A stretch of 5,960 nt of DNA from contig NW_021829475.1 in assembly GCF_006345805.1 (NCBI RefSeq), forward strand, positions 1 to 5,960, given 5' to 3'. This stretch comes from Octopus sinensis (lineage: Eukaryota). The notes below the pieces were generated by a model that was given only the letters and a program-made list of their open reading frames with translations, was not told where the DNA came from and made no database searches. Below, in pieces: positions 1 to 5,960 of the stretch (its first letter is position 1; each line of letters begins with the position of its first letter). Position numbers and translations under genes: made by a program.

Positions 1-242
1 GTTATTTACAAATAATTGATAATTGTGTTAAGGAAAAGTCAACTAGAATTTGTCAATTACAAAAGTCAGCTTCATTATTTTTCTCAGGCAAATACATCAA
101 ATAATCCAGGACATATTTCTCTCTTATTGTGACCCTTCAATTGAAATATAGACTCCAGCTTAAATTCTGAAGTAACAGATGAATAAATCTTAGTGCAAAC
201 ATGCATGAATGTTCATTAGATGGTGCAGGAAAACTGAATTGT

Positions 243-271
243 TTAGAGAACAGATATTTCGGAGACGTCAT
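243..271 (-). other. Possible short terminal coding exon segment (phase 1: xDVSEISVL*)
   Basis: Follows the acceptor above. Phase 1 gives (x)AT GAC GTC TCC GAA ATA TCT GTT CTC TAA (stop 245-243). Phase 0 gives a 44-aa frame 271-137 (MTSPKYLFSKQF...). No homology recognised. Confidence 0.2.
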
Positions 272-306
272 CTGCATAAAAATAAATAACAAGAGTTGAG
301 TTAGTG
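272..306 (-). promoter_or_regulatory. Candidate 3' splice site (branch point + pyrimidine tract + CAG)
   Basis: Minus strand reads CACTAAC-tcaactcttgttatttatttttatg-CAG|ATGACG. The branch-point-like CACTAAC (306-300) is about 29 nt upstream of the AG (273-272), with no intervening AG. Motif only; no transcript evidence. Confidence 0.45.
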
Positions 307-376
307 TTTTCTGAGTTATGGGACAGTCTGGGATTTCGTTAATGTGAAACGAATATTTAGTCTATTGTCGAATGTT

Positions 377-490
377 TACATATGTATACCTACATGTACA
401 TATATATATTCATATACATACACACACACATATATATGTGCGTGTGTGTTGTGTGTACTTGCGCGCGTGCGCGTGTGTTTATGTGTATGT
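377..490. repeat. Compound microsatellite (TA/CA/TG/CG dinucleotide mix)
   Basis: Directly visible: tacatatgtatac...cacacacaca tatatatgtg cgtgtgtgtt...gcgcgcgtgc gcgtgtgt. Confidence 0.95.
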
Positions 491-639
491 AATATTATCC
501 GGTCTTGTCTCACTTTAATCCCTAAATATTTTACTAATCTCTCTTTACCTATATAATTAATTAGCAGTTACAGAATGTTAATCCCGATTAAACAGGTTCA
601 ACAGGTGCAGAGTAATGATTCTCCAAATATCTGGCCAGA

Positions 640-660
640 GACACAACACACACACAACAC

Positions 661-738
<78 letters not shown>

Positions 739-1055
739 CACAAACATACACATACACACATGTATATTAGCATATATGTTATCTATATATATGCATATGA
801 ATATACGCATATATATGTATATATATATGTGATTGTAATTATATATATATATATAATGCATAAGTATATGTGTGTGCATGTATACATGTATGTGTGTGCG
901 TGCGTGTATAAATATTTATGTGATTGAATATGTATGCGTTTGCAATTGCTCCACTGTATGTGTGTATCCGTATTTCTGTATATTTCACATACACGCTACA
1001 TATACATATACGTACACACACATACACACACCACACACACACACATATGCATATG

Positions 1056-1087
<32 letters not shown>

Positions 1088-1195
1088 GGCGTACATATAT
1101 ATACATACCTACATAATACATACATGCATGCATGCATGCATACATACATACATACATATACACATATACACATGTGTGTGTGTATGTATGTATGA
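640..1195. repeat. Long compound microsatellite: (CA)n, (TA)n, (TG)n, (CATG)4, (CATA)n, (TGTA)n
   Basis: (CA)n about 640-760; mixed TA/TG 761-985; CA-rich 985-1045; (TA)15 at 1057-1086; (CATG)4 from 1123; (CATA)n about 1142-1172; (TG)/(TGTA)n 1173-1194. Confidence 0.97.
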
Positions 1196-1344
1196 GTAGG
1201 TATTGTTCTACTGCTTCGTTGCATGCGTAAGTGCGTGTATTTCTGAGTTCGTGCCCATAGCTTAGTGTAGTTGCGCTGTGCCGTGTATATAGTGGTATCC
1301 CGACGTTTGTGAGCATGAGTGTCTGTGTTCATTTTTCTGTCTGT

Positions 1345-1490
1345 AATTGTGTATATGTATGTGTTTGTGTGTGTATGAAAGAGATAAGGAGAGTGAGAGA
1401 GAGACACACACACAGAGAAAGGATTATAGAGACAGTAAAAGGACGAGTGAGAAAGAGGGATACAAGAGAGAGAGAGAGAGAGAGAGAGTA
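1345..1490. repeat. Compound (TG)n then (GA)n microsatellite
   Basis: Degenerate TG/TATG about 1345-1376, degenerate GA about 1377-1460, and a pure (AG)12 at 1465-1488. Confidence 0.95.
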
Positions 1491-2211
1491 CATGCATGTG
1501 CTTTTTTTGCTTCGTGTGTGTGTGGGTGCACTTATTTGCATAATACTGCACATATCCGCAAATTTCTGGAAGCTGGATAACAGGGCCAGTTCTCTATTAA
1601 GTGGAAGGTACTCAAAATAATGATAATAATAATCATAATGAAATGATTGTATACAGTGCTCAGGTGACTGTTGCTCTGTTTCTGCTCATATATGTGTGTA
1701 TCTGTTGTAGTTGTTGCTGAGCCAGAGGTCAACCAGTATCCAACAGCCCCCCCCCTCTAATCAAAACCCGGTCACGGTCTGACAATCCTGCCTTTTATTC
1801 AAGTACAGAGCACTTAAAATAAGATATGGTGTGACATCGGGGAAACTTCTTTGCTAATCAAGCGACCAGTTACACGTTCTGTTGTCATCACAAGTTGATG
1901 TTCTTCCATTGGTTTATAGCATCTCTCTCTTTGGGTCGTTGTTGTTATCATTCTTGATGTGTGTGGTGGTGGATGTAACGGGGAATTACAGTGATTGTAG
2001 ACTCTTGTAGTAGGGTGGATCCGATGATCCATAAGTTCACAAGTATTTTATGGAAAGCATTGTGCTCAATGGTAGAATCAATCGGTTCCTTTATAACTTC
2101 TGCCTAATATAGACACTTGGGAAAAAGTAATTTCATAAAGTCACCGGAATCGTGTTTTAACTGTTGTTATTGTGGTTCTTGCTAAAATATAATCAATAGT
2201 GTTCCACCAGT

Positions 2212-2431
2212 CTGGCAGAAACGTTAGCACGTCGGGCGAAATGTGTAGCCGTATTTCGTCTGGCCTTACGTTCTGGGTTCAAATTCCGCCGAGGTCCACT
2301 TTGCCTTTCATCCTTTCAGGAGTCGATTAAATAAGTACCAGTTACGCACTGGGTCGATGTAATCGACTTAATCCGTTTGTCTGTCCTTGTTTGTCCCCTC
2401 TGTGTTTAACCCCTTGTGACGGAATAAAGAA
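2212..2431 (+). mobile_element. tRNA-derived SINE, copy 1 (octopus-type; 5' end slightly truncated)
   Basis: A-box-like TGGCAGAAACGTT (2213-2225) and B-box-like GTTCAAATTCC (2277-2287). Central GCCTTTCATCCTTTC..GTCGATTAAATAAGTACCAG resembles the Deu/Nin SINE core as I recall it. About 92% identical (156/169 columns, hand alignment of 2251-2418 vs reverse complement of 2934-3101) to the second copy. Family name not verified. Confidence 0.88.
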
Positions 2432-2901
2432 GTATATTCGGTCTTTATTTGAACATAGATTATCTAGGAATGCAAAATCTAAGAACTTTAACGTGTTCTT
2501 TTGTCCGAGATCAGCCTTGAACTCTTCTACTCAGCCTACCGAGGACGACATTATCCAATGTGCTCTCTGTTGTTGTTGCTTACCAATAGTTCTACTATGA
2601 TCTAAGACACGTATAACCAAATGTGTTCTAACATTGACCACCCCAATCAGTGTTATGCAGGGGCCTCACAGGTCTGGTGTCACAATTCCCATCTATTTAT
2701 GCTACGGCTTTCTCAATAAATAGTGTAAGGTCCAGTGCATTCATTTGCCCGGGATGGGGTGGGGGTACTACAAGGAAACTCAGGTGGCTTTGTACCCAAT
2801 GTATTCTTCAACCAAAAGAAAGTAAAACGAGGATGATTTAGAAGCTACTTTCCACATGCTGATAAATCATGTATATGCTGTCTCGCTGGTTCGTCAACGA
2901 C

Positions 2902-2917
2902 TAGGTTAAATAAATAC
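2902..2917 (+). repeat. Target-site duplication, left copy (TAGGTTAAATAAATAC)
   Basis: 15/16 identical direct repeat with 3167-3182; the pair brackets SINE copy 2. Confidence 0.8.
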
Positions 2918-3166
2918 ATATTTCTTTACTACCCACAAGGGGCTAAACACAGAGAGGACAAACAAGGACAAACAAAAGGATTAAGTCTATTACATCGACC
3001 CCAGTGCGTAACTGGTACATATTTAATCGACCCCGAAAGGATGAAAGGCAAAGTGGACCTCGGCGGAATTTGAACTCAGAACGTAGCGGCAGACGAAATA
3101 CCTATTTCTTTACTACCTACAAGGGGCTCGCCCGCCGTGCTAACGATTCTGCCAGCTCGCTGCCTT
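2918..3166 (-). mobile_element. tRNA-derived SINE, copy 2 (full 5' head, internal duplication of 3' tail)
   Basis: Minus strand begins AAGGCAGCGAGCTGGCAGAATCGTTAGCACG. A-box-like at 3154-3142, B-box-like at 3075-3065. Ends ...AGCCCCTTGTGGGTAGTAAAGAAATA. A 41-bp stretch (3035-3075) is the exact reverse complement of 2277-2317. Flanked by a 16-bp TSD. Confidence 0.9.
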
Positions 3167-3182
3167 TAGGTTAAAAAAATAC
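3167..3182 (+). repeat. Target-site duplication, right copy (TAGGTTAAAAAAATAC)
   Basis: 15/16 identical to 2902-2917. Confidence 0.8.
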
Positions 3183-3224
3183 CGGTAAGAAAATTCATAT
3201 GTGAACATATTAATGAATACTTGT

Positions 3225-3291
3225 ATACAAATATGTATATATCTAGATATGTGTGTATATGTCTGTGTGTATGTATGTGTGTGTGTGTGAA

Positions 3292-3336
<45 letters not shown>
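3225..3336. repeat. Compound (TA/TG)n then (GA)n microsatellite
   Basis: TA/TG/TATG about 3225-3289, followed by GA repeats 3289-3336. Confidence 0.95.
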
Positions 3337-3501
3337 TCAGTTAATTATATAGAAATAATGATATAATTAGATAGTTCCTGTAGATGTTCAGATTATTAAA
3401 ACTACCAGATTACTTAAAACAGTAATCAGCAGGCATTTTCATTTGGGGTGAAATTGACACCAACACGCACTTACGAGGCATTCGTACACACCCACACTCA
3501 C

Positions 3502-3545
<44 letters not shown>

Positions 3546-3557
3546 ACGGGAGAGAGA
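3502..3557. repeat. (GA)n microsatellite
   Basis: Near-pure AG repeat with two interruptions. Confidence 0.95.
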
Positions 3558-4360
3558 TTACTGAAGTCTCATATTATTATTGCATATTATGCATGCATTC
3601 GCAGAGTTGCAACAACACCTTTGATCATAGAGTCTATATGTCTCTGGGGTACAATCTTGTAGGTCACAGTTCGCTCTCGACACTTGTTTAAGTCTGGCAT
3701 TTAAACTCTTGCCAAACTCTGTAGTACAAGATTTAAGCAAACCAACGCCGGTTGGGGAGAAGCATAAACAGAAATTCAGGAGGTATGAGACGAGAGGTGA
3801 ATATGTTTACTTAACCACCTGTCATCCATAGGGTTACGGATGTTTCACATCCTTCACTTATTATCCTTGTCTGTATTAATGTGCATGCGACGCATTATGC
3901 AATACAATTGTATATTCACAAATCAATGCAAATAAAGAAAGCTAACCTAACAGATCTCCGGAACATCAGAGTTACACCTATCCTTCAACTCTAAGTGTAC
4001 GTACAAAAGTTTCCATTTACATATACAATTTATGGAAGACCGATACCAGATAAAATTTGCTTAGAATGGTTATTAAGGATAAATATAAATAATAAATATA
4101 TTTTGTAACATATCAATTAAGATGTTGATTTTTTAACATTAGAGAAGTTACCATCCTTAATATGAACGAAAGACAAAGAAAGGATAGGAAAGAAAGTGAA
4201 GTAGTTAAATTAAATGAAACATTCTAGAAAGTATCAATATATGTATATATAGGATCCAATCCAGGTGACAACGTAGGTGAGTTGGGTACAAAAAATTCAG
4301 GGTGAATACTTGATAATTGTAAGCACCTGTATATGCCGTTTAGTGGTGTAGGTGATAGAG

Positions 4361-4650
4361 TATATTTATCAAAATAAAAAACATGATGCAAAGATTTAGC
4401 GGTACATATGTTTCTGGCTTTTAATTAGACGGTTTATATCAATGCATAATTGATGTAATTTTGCATGTCAATAGCCTTCTTCAGAGCCGCATACAATTAC
4501 TACATGTCCTTGGAGTAGTAATTGTACGCGGCTGAAGAAGGCTATTGACATACAAATTAATCAATATGCATTGATATAAACCGTCTAATAAAAGCCAGAA
4601 ACATATGTACCGCTAAATCCTTGCATCGTGTTTTTATTTTGATAAATGTA
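4361..4650. repeat. 290-bp foldback (long inverted repeat), candidate non-autonomous MITE with TA ends
   Basis: The left arm 4361-4503 (143 nt) aligns to the reverse complement of the right arm 4515-4650 (136 nt) with 131 matches, 5 transitions and 7 gapped bases (hand alignment). The loop is ATGTCCTTGGA (4504-4514). Both ends are TA. The inverted repeat is certain; the MITE label is an inference. Confidence 0.93.
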
Positions 4651-4745
4651 TATATATTATACATACATATATATATTATATATTTTATATATATATAATA
4701 TAATATAACATAATATAATATATATACTAAAATATAATATAAAAT
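4651..4745. repeat. Degenerate (TA)n / AT-rich low-complexity tract
   Basis: Almost pure A/T (tatatattat acatacatat ... taatataaca taatataata), directly abutting the foldback's right end. Confidence 0.9.
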
Positions 4746-4933
4746 GAATTCAATAGGGTGTTGGAGTGTTTGGAGATATAACGACCTTCTCAGGCTCCCC
4801 AGTATTCTAATTTATAAACAGAAACAATCGGGGACAGGGCGTGGGTTGTAAACATTCATAATTAAAAATTTTTTTTTTTTTTTTCATAGCATATAAATGT
4901 ATTTATGGGGAGAAAAATATTGGAAAACACCAA

Positions 4934-5420
4934 TACATGCGAGAATGATAAAGAAACGAGGATTGTTGTCTTGAGATGTGCTAGAAACAACAGCCAGATC
5001 TACCTTAAATCACTGACTTTTCCCTCTGAAAAATATTAACAATTTCTTTTTCTTATTTTACCGAAAATGCTCCTCTCATGGTTTTGAAATACAAAAAAAA
5101 AAAAGAAAAAATGGCCAAAATAAGTCCGGAGTCGGATGATGAGGGAGGGGGAGAGTTGTAAAAAAATGTTTTCAATACTGTTTTTCATACAAAGATGCCC
5201 AACCCCATCATTTCGAAGGCTGTGGCTTGAAAAAAAATGAGGGAAATTTCCCGTCAAAACAGAAATTCTAACTTATTTTCTCATATATGTCAGAGATAAA
5301 TTTTGATAAATCTGATAAAGTCAGTTTCCTGGATGCACTTTGGCCACAGTCTATGGGTCGTTGTCATGTGTTCTGGTAGTGGCCGGATCCAGCACATCGA
5401 GATTGTAGGGCATGACATGT
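4934..5420 (-). mobile_element. Possible 3' non-coding/terminal region of the Tc1 element
   Basis: Lies immediately 3' of the transposase stop. TA|CATGCGAGAATGATAAAGAAACG at 4934-4958 loosely resembles Tc1 termini of the TA|CA...AAAGAAACG type as I recall them. The partner TIR is outside the window, so this boundary is unverified. Confidence 0.25.
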
Positions 5421-5960
5421 TCAGTACCATGTATGCCCTCCCTGTGTGTTCAAAACAGCCGTACACCATAGGTACACGGAGTACATGAGACAGTTCACAA
5501 CAGCCATTGGCACCTGTGCCAACACCCTGAGGAAAACTGCCTCCTGTTCCACGCGAGTTTTCAGCCTTGGGACCACCTGGTTCCGCCGTCTCTGGATTTC
5601 ATCCCACAGGTGTTCAATTGGGTTCAAATTCGGGCTGAGAGCCAGCCACAGCATGGTTCAGGTGTTGTGATGAAGCAGGAAGCCTATGGTGGCCCTGACT
5701 GTGTGAGAGGGAGCATTGTACTGCTGGAACATGTGACTATGGTGACGTGCGAAGAAGGGCACGATGTGAGGTCTTAGGATCTGGTCAACGAAACGCTGCG
5801 CTGTGATGCTATTCCCGCTGCTTGCACACAACATTTTTGGAACACATGGAGCCTAGTTCTCTAATTCAGGCCCACAGCACACCCTAAATTGATGCTTTGG
5901 CCACCCCACGCGTCTCTCCCCTGACACATTCGTTCTGTAGCGTTCACCCCTCCTACGCCA
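5421..5960 (-). pseudogene. Decayed Tc1-family (IS630-Tc1-mariner, DD34E) transposase, C-terminal catalytic region; runs off the window end
   Basis: Minus-strand translation across frames: WRRRGERY (from 5960), RDAWGGQS...RTRLHVFQ (different frame), GNSITAQRFVDQILRPHIVPFF...FQQYNAPSH...*TMLWLALSPNLNPIEHLWDEIQRR...GGHTWY*. These match the Tc1 motifs FQQDNA(R/P)xH, SPDLNPIE(H/N)LW and GGHTxY. There are 34 residues between the second-D position (Tyr here, 5720-5718) and Glu (5615-5613). At least two frame changes, plus in-frame stops at 5863-5861 and 5660-5658. Confidence 0.93.

Noticed and set aside
70-150. Plus-strand acceptor-like TTCATTATTTTTCTCAG|G at 86-87
   Set aside because: All three frames stop within about 21 codons, and there is no convincing branch point or donor.
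260-285. Minus-strand FYADDV resembling the LINE reverse-transcriptase YADD motif
   Set aside because: No upstream QG-x-x-LSP motif, and stops lie close on both sides. The same bases are better explained as a splice acceptor (TTTTATGCAG|ATGAC).
344-1620. Cluster of 60-188 aa ORFs (HTHT, CVCV, YIYI, RERE peptides)
   Set aside because: These are translations of dinucleotide microsatellites, which lack stop codons; there is no real coding signal.
2212-2290. SINE head as a functional tRNA gene
   Set aside because: The A/B boxes are degenerate, no cloverleaf is evident, and the sequence continues into a SINE body present twice.
2751-2765. G-rich GGGATGGGGTGGGGG as a G-quadruplex
   Set aside because: Only three adjacent G-tracts, so not a canonical intramolecular G4.
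2391-2841. ORFs 2391-2600 and 2650-2841 (+)
   Set aside because: Short, without ATG starts, the first beginning inside the SINE; no recognisable domain.
1226-3475. 13-bp inverted match CGTAAGTGCGTGT (1226-1238 vs 3463-3475), each containing GTAAGT
   Set aside because: Both sit at the edge of TG/CA-like low-complexity sequence, the match does not extend, and no credible exon precedes either.
3558-3740. Cys-rich 60-aa minus-strand ORF (…QRCCCNSANACIIC…)
   Set aside because: Non-ATG start, weak splice signals and no recognisable Cys spacing; the Cys content is explained by TG-rich composition.
3838-4006. Small palindromes (GGATGT-TTC-ACATCC at 3838-3852, ATACAATTGTAT at 3902-3913, TGTACGTACA near 3995)
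   Set aside because: Stems of 5-6 bp are expected by chance in AT-rich sequence of this length.
5620-5631. GGGTTCAAATTC identical to the SINE B-box region (2275-2286)
   Set aside because: It is the antisense of the transposase codons for P-N-L-N-P. There is no A-box or further SINE similarity, so this is coincidence.
5036-5670. ORFs 5036-5257 (-), 5303-5488 (+), 5446-5670 (+)
   Set aside because: These are low-complexity or antisense shadows of the Tc1 remnant.
1-5960. Prokaryote-type systems (CRISPR array, operon, rRNA)
   Set aside because: No regularly spaced repeat-spacer units, no long ORFs and no rRNA motifs; the sequence is animal-like repetitive DNA.

Overview
Eukaryotic, repeat-rich, AT-rich DNA with no intact gene; it reads as intronic or intergenic. 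The SINE family and the compound TA/TG/CA/GA microsatellites match my recollection of Octopus (coleoid cephalopod) DNA, which is an inference and not database-checked. Supported content: (1) long compound microsatellites (about 377-490, 640-1195, 1345-1490, 3225-3336, 3502-3557, 4651-4745), which explain nearly all ORFs in the supplied track; (2) two copies of a tRNA-derived SINE in convergent, inverted orientation (2212-2431 +, 2918-3166 -), the second with a 16-bp target-site duplication and an internal copy of its own 3' tail; (3) a 290-bp near-perfect foldback (4361-4650; 143/136-nt arms, 11-nt loop) bounded by TA, a candidate MITE or hairpin RNA; (4) a decayed Tc1-family (DD34E) transposase on the minus strand (5421 to window end). 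A strong minus-strand splice acceptor at 272-306 hints that the window may be intron of a minus-strand gene. I find no evidence of a new multi-gene system. The foldback and the inverted/rearranged SINEs are the best leads.
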